NCBI GenBank assembly: GCA_001872735.1
Contig: MNWT01000014.1
Span: forward strand, 10,832 to 74,831
Direction: 5' to 3'
Source: Verrucomicrobia bacterium CG1_02_43_26
GTDB taxonomy: Bacteria > Verrucomicrobiota > Verrucomicrobiia > Opitutales > CG1-02-43-26
DNA length: 64,000 bases
Shown here: positions 17,680 through 28,600 of the stretch, piece after piece
How positions within the stretch are numbered: position 1 is the first letter of the stretch
How the letters are laid out: the number at the start of each line of letters is the position of its first letter
Position numbers and translations under genes: made by a program
Notes under the pieces: generated by a model
Databases searched by the model: none
Told to the model about the DNA's origin: nothing
Seen by the model: only the letters and a program-made list of their open reading frames with translations

Positions 17680-19062
17680 TTATCCTAATAACACCCAGGT
17701 GCCAATCGACAGGAAAATAAGACTACTGCAACTGTCATTGATGGCCGTTAAGAAAATCGAGGAGCTTTGAGCGGGGTCTAGGTGTAGGTGTTTCAGTAAA
17801 AGAGGCACGATGGCGCCGATGGAGCCTGCGATCAACATAGTGATCATAAGCGAAGAAAAAATAACGAAAGACAGGGAGAGATCTCTCGACATAAATAAAG
17901 CAACGGCTCCACCAATCAACCCAATAAACAACCCGTTAACCAACCCTTTAAGGGCTTCACTGATGAAAATTGACATATTATCAGATGTCTCAACATGGCC
18001 CAGAGCAATGCTGCGAATGGCAACGGCCAGTGTTTGAGCCCCCGTGTTACCTCCAAGGCTTGCCATTAGGGGGATAAAAACAGCTAAGAGGGGAAGCTGT
18101 TGTATAGACCCTTGAAAGAGAGATACCACCCAAGATGCCGTTGACGCGGTGGCTAAATTAACCAGCAGCCAAGGGAAACGGCGTTTTACGCTAAACGCTA
18201 CCGAGTCATGGATCGTTTCATCTGGACCCGCACCCACGATCTTTTGGAAGTCTTCCGTAGCCTCGTTTTGGATAATATCGATTACATCATCGTGCTCAAC
18301 AATGCCAAGAATACGGCCTTCGCTGTCGACAACCGGCAAGGCGTGGAAATTGAGTTCCGCCATTTTAAGTGCAATCTTCTCACTGTCCTCAAAAGGATGG
18401 CAAATGCCCTCAATGTCAGTAGACATGATATCTACGATTTTCTGATCCGGTTTGGCCAGAATCAAGGCCCTCAACGTCATCACACCCTTTAGTTTTCCGG
18501 CAGTATCGATGGCGTAAACATAGCTTGTGTGGTCAAATTCATCCTTTAGTTTGCGTATATGATGGATAGCTTCATCTACATGCATGTCAGGATGCACATA
18601 CATGAAATAAGGCGTCATTACTCCACCGGCTGTATTAGGATGATAAGTGAGGAGCTTGCGGACATCCTGAGCCATCTTTTGGCTCAATTTGTTTAAAATA
18701 CGAGCGCGGTCATCCTCCTTAAGCTCGTACATAAGGTCTGTGGCGTCATCGGGCTCAAACTCTTCTAAGATTTTCAAAGCACGCCACTCTCGCATCGCCG
18801 CGATAACTTCGGCGGAGTCCTCTGCGTCCATTTCCGAAAGGATTTCAGAAGCGTGCTCTACGGAAAGTTTTCTTAAAATAGTGCGACGTTCATCAACATC
18901 CAATCGTTCCAGAAAGGAAGCGATGATATGGGGTGGAGTCATTTCCAGCCGATCCTTTGTCAAACTTTCCAAATCCTCAAGCGGCTGCTGTAGAAGGTCT
19001 TCTAATGAATAACATTCTGGCGACAGCGTTTTGTGAGAGTGATTGAGTGGTAGGCCTCGCAT
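17680..19062 (-). CDS. mgtE: magnesium transporter MgtE
   Basis: MgtE N-domain, tandem CBS domains and a C-terminal 5-TM channel domain (GNTGAQT motif). 460 aa. Confidence 0.9.
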   Translation of the reverse strand: MRGLPLNHSHKTLSPECYSLEDLLQQPLEDLESLTKDRLEMTPPHIIASFLERLDVDERRTILRKLSVEHASEILSEMDAEDSAEVIAAMREWRALKILEEFEPDDATDLMYELKEDDRARILNKLSQKMAQDVRKLLTYHPNTAGGVMTPYFMYVHPDMHVDEAIHHIRKLKDEFDHTSYVYAIDTAGKLKGVMTLRALILAKPDQKIVDIMSTDIEGICHPFEDSEKIALKMAELNFHALPVVDSEGRILGIVEHDDVIDIIQNEATEDFQKIVGAGPDETIHDSVAFSVKRRFPWLLVNLATASTASWVVSLFQGSIQQLPLLAVFIPLMASLGGNTGAQTLAVAIRSIALGHVETSDNMSIFISEALKGLVNGLFIGLIGGAVALFMSRDLSLSFVIFSSLMITMLIAGSIGAIVPLLLKHLHLDPAQSSSIFLTAINDSCSSLIFLSIGTWVLLG

Positions 19063-19090
19063 GACAAATAAAAATGTTTACTGATTATTT

Positions 19091-19663
19091 TCAGCTATAT
19101 TTTTTAATAATATTAACAAATTGCTTGAAAGCAGGGTGTTCTGCGGAACTTATGAGGCTATAGAAAATAGTTTCTACGGGCAAGAGCGGAATAAACCGGT
19201 GGGAAAAGTAGTTTATAATAGCAGCCGTATCCGCTTCTCTGCGCCCGCCAATACAATCGCGCAATAGTACCACCTCGTAAAAACCGTCAATGGCTTCGTT
19301 ACAGGTTTGGAATACACAGACACTTGCCTCCAGCCCGCCGACATAAAGGCGTGAGATATTATGCTCCTTTAACCATTCCTTGATTTCAGAAGGTGCACAG
19401 GCAGAAAAAGCCATTTTGGCGGTATAAGTGTCCTCTGCTGTTAACAGTTCCAGTATGCGTTTATCCGTTTTACCCAGTTTACGAGGGTTTTGTTCTGTGT
19501 ATATGATAGGAATGTTAAGCAAAGAAGCACATTCTATTGCTAGGCAGGACCGTTTTACGATGTCTTCATAATGAGGTACAATGTCCTTAAAAATCTCCTG
19601 TATATCGACAAGTAAGAGGGCAGAGTGGGCAATCGTATCGGGGGAGTATCCTAGGGGTATCAT
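19091..19663 (-). CDS. isochorismatase-family cysteine hydrolase
   Basis: Start placed at ATG 19663 (MIPLGY...). ALLLVDIQ and GGLEASVCV motifs. The start overlaps the upstream stop as TAATG. Confidence 0.7.
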   Translation of the reverse strand: MIPLGYSPDTIAHSALLLVDIQEIFKDIVPHYEDIVKRSCLAIECASLLNIPIIYTEQNPRKLGKTDKRILELLTAEDTYTAKMAFSACAPSEIKEWLKEHNISRLYVGGLEASVCVFQTCNEAIDGFYEVVLLRDCIGGRREADTAAIINYFSHRFIPLLPVETIFYSLISSAEHPAFKQFVNIIKKYS

Positions 19664-20346
19664 TACAGTAATCCTTTGTTTATATGGTAAGTCTTGCGAG
19701 CCGGAATTTGTATGATTTCCTTTTCCGGTAAAATGTATGCTGTCAAATAGCCCCCATAAACGCAACCGGTATCAATACCCATAGCCCAGAGATCGTGGTG
19801 GACTTGCTTGTATGGGGTATGCCCGTAAATCACAAATGGAGGCCCTGCCCATAGCTTAGCCCATGGAGTTCCCTTCCAGCACTCGCTTCGTTTGTGACCC
19901 TTACCCTTTTTGTCGATTACCTGTATTCGGGTTATGTCTTTAATGCTTTGATTCTTCCAGGGTATTTTGGGCAGAAGGCCGCCGTGGATAATGAGGGTAT
20001 CATGCTTCTTTTTGTAAACATAGGGCACCATGTTTTCCATAAGTTCCCAATCCTTTGGGGTAAGGATTTTTACAGTGGGTTTGTCATACGCTTTGAGGAT
20101 GGAGCCCTTTTTCTTTTTGCGATAATTTAATAAACGCAATTCATGGTTTCCTAATATAAATTTTTTCTGATATTGCAGATTATGGACGATTCGGAATACG
20201 CCTGCGGTATCCGGGCCTCGGTTAATGAGGTCTCCAATAAAAACCAATTTATCATCCCCTCTTAATTTTACCTTATTTAAGAGATCTGCCAATTCAAGCG
20301 CACAGCCGTGCACATCACCTATAATAATAGTTCTGGGCATATTCAA
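19663..20346 (-). CDS. metallophosphoesterase (ApaH/PrpE-like Ser/Thr phosphatase or Ap4A hydrolase family)
   Basis: GDVHGC, GDLINRGPD and GNHE motifs in canonical order. 227 aa. Confidence 0.75.
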   Translation of the reverse strand: MNMPRTIIIGDVHGCALELADLLNKVKLRGDDKLVFIGDLINRGPDTAGVFRIVHNLQYQKKFILGNHELRLLNYRKKKKGSILKAYDKPTVKILTPKDWELMENMVPYVYKKKHDTLIIHGGLLPKIPWKNQSIKDITRIQVIDKKGKGHKRSECWKGTPWAKLWAGPPFVIYGHTPYKQVHHDLWAMGIDTGCVYGGYLTAYILPEKEIIQIPARKTYHINKGLL

Positions 20347-20425
20347 CCATTACTCATAGCAAAAAAAGCTTGAAAAAACGATTGTGAAATCTCCCGTAAT
20401 AGGCCATTTTATTAATCTGTAAGAT

Positions 20426-20932
20426 ATGAACAATTGGTCACTAAAGCCGCATTCGCGCAAAAACACGAGTACCGGAAAGGCATTTCTTCCCGGGGAGCGC
20501 ATTTTGTCGATTATTTACATGGGTAATGATGGTATTATGCACCGTATAGATATTCATGACCAAGAAGTGCTTCCTACGGATATTTCAGAAGATCAGGTGA
20601 TTGCGCGTTGGACGCGTGTTTTAAAGGAGAAAGAGGCAGAGGATAAGGCCGAAAAGCAAAATATGCTGCAGTCTACTGAAGAACTGTTTCTTTCTTTGTA
20701 TCAAGATGCGGACACTGCTGTGCTCCCGGAAAATGAACGAGACATTTTAAAACAACTACTCGGCCTCATGCTCGAGCGTAAACGCATTCTCAAAAGAGTA
20801 GGGGAGGCCACTGAGGATTTTCTAACCTACGTTCACGTTCCTACTAAAAAAGAATATGTGGTTCCTTTAAAAGATTTTTCTGTAGAGGATATTGAGAAAA
20901 TTAAAGAACAGCTCGATCATGTCTTGCGATAG
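20426..20932 (+). CDS. hypothetical protein
   Basis: 168-aa ORF with no motif I can recognise. Compositionally like the backbone genes. Confidence 0.5.
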   Translation: MNNWSLKPHSRKNTSTGKAFLPGERILSIIYMGNDGIMHRIDIHDQEVLPTDISEDQVIARWTRVLKEKEAEDKAEKQNMLQSTEELFLSLYQDADTAVLPENERDILKQLLGLMLERKRILKRVGEATEDFLTYVHVPTKKEYVVPLKDFSVEDIEKIKEQLDHVLR

Positions 20933-21455
20933 AACTATTCCCTGCTTTTTTAAAAACTCAAAATCTTTACTAATCTGGGCTATGTTATTAGCACTGGTGA
21001 CCTTGGTGACGGGTTGTGAAAAGAAAAATGAGCCGGCACATACCATGCGCTTTTATACGGAATCCAGCGCAAGCCTTCCGACTCGATGGGCAAAGTCTGT
21101 GCAAATGCCGGAAAGCGATTTAGTGTTTTCCGTTTTTCCTCAGCCCATTTTGTTTGAGGGAGATGTTACCGATGTCGCTTTGGCGGAGGTGGATATCGGC
21201 TATTGTCTTTTGTTTCAGTTTAATGATAAAGGGGCTAAAACCCTTAATAAACTCTCTGTGAGTGAACGGGGCAAAAACCTCATTTTGCTTGTAGACGGGC
21301 ATCCCATAGGGTTTAGGCGTATGGATCAATCATTAGAGGATGGCCGCTTGTATTTGTTTGTCGAGTTGGATGACGACAAGATTCCTATGCTCGCAAATGA
21401 ATTAAAAGATTCTTTGGCGAAGCATAAGAAGCGTAGCTACAAGATAGGAAGTTAA
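20919..21455 (+). CDS. hypothetical lipoprotein
   Basis: Lipobox-like LVTGC after a hydrophobic stretch. The start is uncertain (20892, 20919 or 20982). Confidence 0.5.
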   Translation: MSCDRTIPCFFKNSKSLLIWAMLLALVTLVTGCEKKNEPAHTMRFYTESSASLPTRWAKSVQMPESDLVFSVFPQPILFEGDVTDVALAEVDIGYCLLFQFNDKGAKTLNKLSVSERGKNLILLVDGHPIGFRRMDQSLEDGRLYLFVELDDDKIPMLANELKDSLAKHKKRSYKIGS

Positions 21456-22033
21456 CTTCCCGGTTTGATTGCGGGGATGTTTTTGAGCTCTTCGGGTAAA
21501 TTATCGGGCTCGTAGACAGGGAAAGACATTTCTAGCAAGGAAACTAAAGGGACATCAAAGCGTGCTTGCCCTTGGCTTCTGTCTACCAAAACGGTGACTG
21601 CCACAGGATCGGCAGCATGTTGGCGAGTGACATCAAGAGATTCCTGTACTCGGCCACCCTTGGTGATAACGTCTTCTACGATTAAGACTTTTTCTCCCGG
21701 TTTAAACTTAAATCCACGGCGCAGTTCTAATTTGCCATCTATTTTATCCAGGAAAATAAAGCGCTTTCCAAGTTGGCGAGCCACTTCTTGACCGAGACAG
21801 AGCGCGCCCATTGCCGGGGCAACAACGGTTTCGCAATCAACGTTGTCAAGTTTATCAATAAGCATGGTTGCTAGGCGGGTAACAGCTGCTAAGTCCTCAC
21901 AGACACGTGCGCATTGAAAGAAGTAAGCACTTCGCAGGCCGGATCTTAAAATAAAATGACCTTGGAGTAACGCGCCACTTTTACGGAATAGGGAAAGAAC
22001 TTCCTCTTGTGTTGCTTCTTGCATCGTATTCAT
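21452..22033 (-). CDS. pyrE: orotate phosphoribosyltransferase
   Basis: PRPP-binding loop VLIVEDVITKGG. 193 aa, with the overall type-I PRTase layout. Confidence 0.8.
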   Translation of the reverse strand: MNTMQEATQEEVLSLFRKSGALLQGHFILRSGLRSAYFFQCARVCEDLAAVTRLATMLIDKLDNVDCETVVAPAMGALCLGQEVARQLGKRFIFLDKIDGKLELRRGFKFKPGEKVLIVEDVITKGGRVQESLDVTRQHAADPVAVTVLVDRSQGQARFDVPLVSLLEMSFPVYEPDNLPEELKNIPAIKPGS

Positions 22034-22075
22034 TGTAGATTATTATCCTTAAAGCGTCATAAGTAACAATCAAGC

Positions 22076-23197
22076 ATGAAAGTCGTTCACCGGTATATTT
22101 TAAGTCAAGTGCTCATTGCGGCACTGCTTTCTATTGGCCTATACGTTTTTGTATTAGTCGTGGGGAATGCTTTACGAGGGGCTGTTGGGTTAGTCGCCGC
22201 GGGGCAATTGCCCTGGATCGCTTTCTTTAAGCTATTAGTTACATTGTTGCCCTATGTGTTTGCATACGCATTGCCTTTAGGTTTTTTAACCGCCGTGCTA
22301 CTGGTTTTGGGCAGAATGTCCTCACAAAACGAGTTAACAGCCATTCGTTCCGCAGGCATTAGTTTATATTCCATATCCTATCCAATATTTCTCTTGGCTA
22401 TGCTGGGAGCTTGTATCGCGCTATGGATCAACTTTTATTACGGGCCAAAGGCGAAATCGGATTATCGTAGTGGTATTGCGATGGCGGTCCAGGAAAACCC
22501 CCTCCGGTTTATTCAACCCAATTCCTTTGTAAAGCAGTTTCCCGGTTATGTCCTTTTTTTAGGCTCTAGGGAAAAGGATAAAGTTTCGGATTTCTGGATA
22601 TGGGAGCTTGATGAACAAAATCGCGTAAAGCTTTTCGTAAAAGCCAGAGAGGGCAATTTTAAATACGATGAAAAAGCCAATGCCCTTATTTTAACCCTTT
22701 ATAACGGTAGCGGTGAGAAAAAATCAGATAAAGACCCGGAAGACCCTCAGAGTAATGCTTTGCTGACAGTCTTTTTTAAAGAGTTAACCATTCAACTCCC
22801 CCTTGATGCGATTTTTGCGGCTGCTCGTTCAGAGAAAAAGCTCTCTATGATGACATTACCTGAATTAATAGAACACAGGGAAATGCTGGCGGAGCAGGGG
22901 CGCTATACCGAAAGAATCAAAACCCAGCTTCAGATACAAAAGAACCTGGCAATGGCCTTTTCTGTTATTCCCCTTATGATTATCGCCATCCCACTGGCAC
23001 TTAAAACAAGCCGCTCGGAAACTTACTTCAATATAGCGATCGCCCTCGGGCTCGCGTTGAGCTACTACTTTTTAATGATCGTGATGACGTGGTTTAACAC
23101 GAAACCACACTTGCGTCCTGATCTACTTGTCTGGCTTCCCAATATAGTGTTCCTTATCTTGGGAATAAGTTTGTTTCTTAAAGCAGCACGCCGGTAA
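22076..23197 (+). CDS. LptF/LptG family LPS export permease
   Basis: 373 aa. YjgP/YjgQ topology: 3 TM segments, a periplasmic beta-jellyroll region, then 3 TM segments. Starts MKVVHRYILSQVL. Confidence 0.75.
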   Translation: MKVVHRYILSQVLIAALLSIGLYVFVLVVGNALRGAVGLVAAGQLPWIAFFKLLVTLLPYVFAYALPLGFLTAVLLVLGRMSSQNELTAIRSAGISLYSISYPIFLLAMLGACIALWINFYYGPKAKSDYRSGIAMAVQENPLRFIQPNSFVKQFPGYVLFLGSREKDKVSDFWIWELDEQNRVKLFVKAREGNFKYDEKANALILTLYNGSGEKKSDKDPEDPQSNALLTVFFKELTIQLPLDAIFAAARSEKKLSMMTLPELIEHREMLAEQGRYTERIKTQLQIQKNLAMAFSVIPLMIIAIPLALKTSRSETYFNIAIALGLALSYYFLMIVMTWFNTKPHLRPDLLVWLPNIVFLILGISLFLKAARR

Positions 23198-23200
23198 ACA

Positions 23201-23235
23201 AAAAGCCCTCCCTTTAGAAAGGAGAGCTTTTTTTA
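23201..23235. terminator. intrinsic terminator between convergent lptF/G-like gene and orphan gene
   Basis: aaaaaGCCCTCCCTTTagaaAGGAGAGCttttttt (8 of 10 stem positions pair). Confidence 0.6.
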
Positions 23236-23261
23236 TTGTTAATGGCAAGTTGTATGGTGTG

Positions 23262-24812
23262 CTAATTTGTGGATAGCAGGGATTCTTCTTCCTCCTCCTC
23301 ATTCACGCTCACATTGAGATCCTTCATCTCTACAATTTTTAATTCGCTCTTTGGGGACAGATTTTCAAAGGATTCTTTTGCTTCATTAATGATGCTATTT
23401 ATGTATTGCTGAATGGCATTCGGAATGTTGACATCTGTTATCCCTTCAATGTTGTAAGAAAAGAATTTATTAAAGAGTATCTGGTTAACGAAATTTTCTT
23501 TCGCATACTTTTTGCAATCTCTATTCATGCCTTTATCCTCATCAATGGATTCAAGAAATACCTCTCTTAGCGAATTGCTCCATTTATCAGGGTCAGTTAG
23601 TGCAAACTCCTTAGATATATTATTTCTGAAAAACTTTAACATGCTGGCCGTAAGGTATATTGGCTTATTATCCAGCTGGCTGTTAAAACAAAGGTCATCA
23701 AAGTTGAGCTTGTATTTTTCCAGGCATAATAATGCGTCTATAGCCTCTTCTTTGCTAGCATAGCCATCTATAAATTTTTTGGCTGAATCGTCCTTCAGGA
23801 ATTCTAAAATGTTTGGCGTAAGGAATATAGGCTCTTGATCCGATTCCCTTATATAATATAGATCTTTAAAGTTAAGTTTGTTTTCATCCATGTATTTCAA
23901 GACCTTTAGCGCCTCTTCTTTACTGCCATAGCTAAACTCAATATCTTTTAAGACACTTTCCTCTACTCGGTTGATTCTGTCCTCGACATATTTATCAAGC
24001 GCAGAGACTAGATCGATTTTTTGCTCATTTGCGTACGTAATAAAGTTTTCCTCCAATCCTCTTTTGGATTCAACATTTGATTTTAAGTATAGCATATAGG
24101 AATGGGGTAGCTTTTTGCTTTCGCCTGCTTCTATTAAACGCTCACCTATCCTTTTGCTAAGGCTCTCATTGAATGGCTTTAGTTCCTCCTTCATTTTTGT
24201 GAGAGGAACATGTTTTAAAGCGTCACCCAGTGTTTTTACGCTCTCGTTTTCTGTAATAGTATTAAAAATGGCTTCACCAAAGGGAATGAGCTTGTCATCA
24301 TTCTTTAGCTTGGTTTTCTCTGGGTCGCCCATCAATAGATCTAGCACCACTTTACCCCAGTCCTGCAGAGTTTCCTTAGAGAGATTCTCTAATTTTGAAT
24401 TGGCGAACTTAGATTCGAGTTCCAAGAAATACTTAAGCTCCTTCTCGCTCGAGTTTACCTGAGATAAACAAAACTTTTGCAAAGCTTTTAGTAAAGGATC
24501 GGAGTACTGGGCATTTTTATCTATTAAGATATTAAAATTATCCTTCACCCATGTTTGAAATTCTGTAAAGCGGTCAACATTCGTGTGTGAAACGTAGCCA
24601 AGAGAAACGAAATTAATTGTGCCACGAATATAACTACTCGAAACATTATTCTCTTCATTTTGTTTAGTTAAATCCTCTAGCTTGCGAGGTTTTAACGCCA
24701 TATTATCTTTGAACTCCCCCTCCTTGTTTTCGGAGTTTGAGTTGAGATTCTCGATTTTCTTTTCAACCGTTTTCAGGTTGCCATCATTTTTTGGGGTAGT
24801 TGTGGTAAGCAT
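23262..24812 (-). CDS. hypothetical protein (orphan, AT-rich; N-terminal half paralogous to the next gene; internal ~55-aa tandem duplication)
   Basis: 516 aa with no signal peptide, a polar N-terminus and an acidic tail. See findings. Confidence 0.6.
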   Translation of the reverse strand: MLTTTTPKNDGNLKTVEKKIENLNSNSENKEGEFKDNMALKPRKLEDLTKQNEENNVSSSYIRGTINFVSLGYVSHTNVDRFTEFQTWVKDNFNILIDKNAQYSDPLLKALQKFCLSQVNSSEKELKYFLELESKFANSKLENLSKETLQDWGKVVLDLLMGDPEKTKLKNDDKLIPFGEAIFNTITENESVKTLGDALKHVPLTKMKEELKPFNESLSKRIGERLIEAGESKKLPHSYMLYLKSNVESKRGLEENFITYANEQKIDLVSALDKYVEDRINRVEESVLKDIEFSYGSKEEALKVLKYMDENKLNFKDLYYIRESDQEPIFLTPNILEFLKDDSAKKFIDGYASKEEAIDALLCLEKYKLNFDDLCFNSQLDNKPIYLTASMLKFFRNNISKEFALTDPDKWSNSLREVFLESIDEDKGMNRDCKKYAKENFVNQILFNKFFSYNIEGITDVNIPNAIQQYINSIINEAKESFENLSPKSELKIVEMKDLNVSVNEEEEEESLLSTN

Positions 24813-24875
24813 GTTAGAAATCTTACCCGAAAAAGAATTTCAGAAACAATAGCAAATCTCACAAGTTGCTGATTA

Positions 24876-25565
24876 TTAATTTTTGTCATTGTTTGGTACG
24901 GATAGGATAAACTCCTCATGCGCCATTTGGATAAGGTGCTTTTGCTCGCTCAAATTCTTCAGTAATTTTTTAAGGGCGTCACTTAATAAAACCGGCTTTT
25001 CATTACGTGTAATGGACTCAAAGAGTTTTTTCCCAAGCTCAAGTTGTATGCTCTCTTGGTTGAATTCTTCCCATTCTTTGACGTAATCGTTTTCTTCCTT
25101 AAAGGCATCAATTACAACAATACCCCATTCCTTTAGCATCTTCTCGGAACGATCTTTAGGCTTGGTTTTACTGACTTCCCATTCCTTATCGGCGATATCG
25201 TTTAAATCGTTGTCTTCAACCTTTCCCTTTTTCAAGGTAAGATTTTTTAATGACTTCAACAAAGGATCGTTATAGTCGGTGTTAAGATTGATCATGATAT
25301 TGAAATTGTGCTTGATCCACTTCTGGCACAATTCAACGCGCCCATTGCCCTCATCTTTATCATTCAAAGTATTCGTTAGGCTAGCGTATAGAAATTGACC
25401 CTTGGAGTAACCGATTTCATTTCGTTGGTCATATTCCCCTTTCAGGTTTTTTAGGGAGCGCGGGGAGAGGAGTTCGTTTTTTTCACCCTCTTCAGTGATG
25501 ATCTTAAAATTTATTTTTTTAACTTTGTCAGGACTTTGAGGCGGGGTTTTTAGTGGGGTATTCAT
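24876..25565 (-). CDS. hypothetical protein, shorter paralog of the 23262-24812 product
   Basis: Shared blocks NFNI(L/M)I..N..Y(S/N)DPLLK(A/S)L, L(Q/K)(D/E)WG.VV.D and (I/L)F..IT.NE......DALK. Start taken at MNTPLKTPP (25565); 25601 is also possible. Confidence 0.55.
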   Translation of the reverse strand: MNTPLKTPPQSPDKVKKINFKIITEEGEKNELLSPRSLKNLKGEYDQRNEIGYSKGQFLYASLTNTLNDKDEGNGRVELCQKWIKHNFNIMINLNTDYNDPLLKSLKNLTLKKGKVEDNDLNDIADKEWEVSKTKPKDRSEKMLKEWGIVVIDAFKEENDYVKEWEEFNQESIQLELGKKLFESITRNEKPVLLSDALKKLLKNLSEQKHLIQMAHEEFILSVPNNDKN

Positions 25566-25686
25566 AGCTATATCATAAAAAACTCTCCACAACGGGAACA
25601 AGCTAAATAAAAGAGCAACTTTCGAGGGAAAAAAACTTAAGCTTGAACTATAAAGTAATGAAAATTAGTATAGCAATTGTTACCCC

Positions 25687-28600
25687 ATGAAACGAAAGCT
25701 ACTTAGGGCAAAGGCACCCTTCTTTTCAGGAACTGTTCTAGTAAAAATACTGGTGCTTGCCGTTGGCTATTTTTTCTTAGGCAAATATGGCTTAGCATTT
25801 GCACCATTAGATGCAGGCATCACACCTGTTTGGTTGCCCGCGGGTCTCGCCCTTGGAGCCTTACTCTATTTCGGTTATAATTTATGGCCGGGTGTTTTTT
25901 TGGGCTCTTTGGCTGTTAATTTTGCCATTAGCCAGTCTTGGGGTTTTTCTATTACGGCAGCCGTAGGCAATACTGGCTCTATCTTACTTTCTGTCATACT
26001 GCTTAAAAAATACTTTTACATAAAGAAAACAATTGAGGATTCTCAGCACTTAGTTGGTTTTGTAGTAGTAGGCGTCTTCTTTACTTCGTTTGCTTCGGCT
26101 GTTATCGGAGCCTCTGGCGCCGCATTTTTCTCTCCGGTATCCGAAGGGTTCGCACTTGTCAATAAAGCCATTTACACTTGGTGGTTGGGGGATGCTATGG
26201 GCATTCTCTTATTAGTGCCGTTAGTTTTTACGTTTCAACCCTCTATTGATTACTTTTTTTCAAAAGAAAATAAATTGGCATCTATTTCTGGGTTCCTCAC
26301 GCTATGTGTACTGGCAGGGCTAGCAGGGCTAAGCAGTTTTGATATCATGACGGGTAGCGGGATATCCGGCATGTTGATCGCGTTTACGTTATCACCGCTC
26401 CTGATCTGGATGGCTATTGGGTATGGTGGGTTCGGTGCCAGTATAGGGTCCCTTATCATTGCATTCTGTATGCTTTATGCCGCTAAAGTATCACAGAACC
26501 AAGCGTTAATTGATAGTTTTTTGGCCAATTGGGCAATCGCCGGTTTAGGGATGACGGGGGCTCTTTTCTTAGGTGTTATCTGCATGGAGCGAAAGCGTTT
26601 TGAGCGAAACACGAGCAAGGCGCTTAAGGAAGTTGAGCATTCCAAGAAGTTATACCATGCCATCATCAACACGTCACCAGACTGGATTTTCGCAAAAGAT
26701 CGTGACTTCCGTTATATTATGGCAAATGCCAGTTTTGCCAAGGCTCTTGGTAAGAGCACAGATGAGCTGATTGGTAAGACTGAAGTCGAGGTAGGTATAC
26801 CCACGGAAATTGTATATGGTGATGTTTCCCAAAAAATAAGAGGTGTCAGAGATGACGACATGCGCGTCTTGAGTGGTGAAACGATACAAGTTCTCAACGA
26901 GAAAATGATCCTCCCTAACGGCAAGGAATATATTGCGACAAGCAGAAAGCTCCCTCTCAAAGATCATAATAACGAGATTGTTGCCGTTTTGTATTTTTCT
27001 CAAGACATCACAAGTAAGAAAAGAGCCGCTGAAGCCTTGATGAAAAGCGAAGCCCAGAATACTGCTATTTTAAATGCCGTTCCAGACACGATTATTCACG
27101 TCAATCGACAAGGAAAGTTCTTAGATGTTAAAGCCAATAGAGACGAGTCCATGTTCGAGGCAAATGACCGCTTAATCGGCTCGAGCATTCGCGAAAATTT
27201 CCCAGACCAGGTAAGAGATCAGTTCATGGGCTGTTTGTCTCAAATTTCCCGTAACAAGCGTACCGATACCCTAGAATTTAAATTGGAAAAGCCTTCCGGC
27301 TGGAAATACTTTGAAGCCCGCTTGTCTTATGTAGACTTGGAGTCTGCGTTAATTATCATTCGTGATAGAACCGAGAGTATCCTCTCCAAGGAAAAACTCC
27401 TCAACGCTAAAAACTATGCCGAACAACTCAATCACGAGTTGCTAGACACCAATGAACGGCTCAAAGACTCTATCAACGAAACAAAAGCGCTTGCTGAAAA
27501 AACAAAAGTCGCCGACCAAGCTAAGAGTGCTTTTCTTGCCATGATGAGCCATGAGATTCGCACGCCACTAAATGGCATCATTGGTTTTTCTGAGTTATTG
27601 ACAACCACCCAGTTAGATGATCAACAACGCAAATTCGCAGAAACGATTTCACGAAGCAGTGAAAATTTGCTCACCATCTTAAATGATATTCTCGACTTCT
27701 CGAAAATTGAGGCTGGGAAAATGGAGCTTGATAACCATCCCTTTAATGTTAAGGAAATAGTGCACGGGGTTGTAGAACTCCTCTCCCCAAACGCCAAATC
27801 AAAAAACCTATCTTTGACTTGTCAGATTACCGATGATGTGCCGGAAGTCATTCTGGGTGATAAAAGCCGAGTTCGCCAAATTCTCCTTAATCTGGTTAAT
27901 AACGCCATCAAATTTACCGATAAGGGCAGTATAACGATTTCTGTTGATTGCAATAATACGAACAGTTCAACGCTCCCGATGCTTGAGTTTACGGTAACAG
28001 ATACGGGTATAGGTATCTCACCGAATTCGCTCCCCAAATTATTTCAATCCTTCTCGCAGTTAGACTCTTCTACGACACGTACTTATGGCGGTAGTGGTCT
28101 AGGGTTAGCCATTTGTAAAAAATTAGTAGAAATGATGGAGGGGGAAATCTCCGTAAAAAGCTCTCCTAATAAGGGCTCGTCATTTACGTTCATATTTCCC
28201 GTTGTAGAAGAGAAAGTTTTGCCCGCGGAGCCCGTTCAAAAAGTAACGCAGTCGGGGCTTCAGCCTGTGATGGAAGTTTCTCAGGCTGTGCGTGCGCCCA
28301 GGGAAGATACAGAGGTACCTTTTTTGATCGGTAAAGCTTTTTCAGATGCTTACCCCTTAAATATTCTCGTTATAGATGACAATAAGGTAAATCGTAAGGT
28401 TGCTAGCATGATACTTCATCGCATAGGTTATGACCCTGCTTTTGCGGTTAATGGGAGTGATGCCCTTAACGTTTTGAATGAAAAAAAGAACATAGACCTT
28501 ATTCTTATGGATATTCAAATGCCTGTTATGGATGGCTATGAAACAACCCGTAGGATCAAGACGGATCCGGACTTGAAGCATATTTATATTATCGCGCTGT

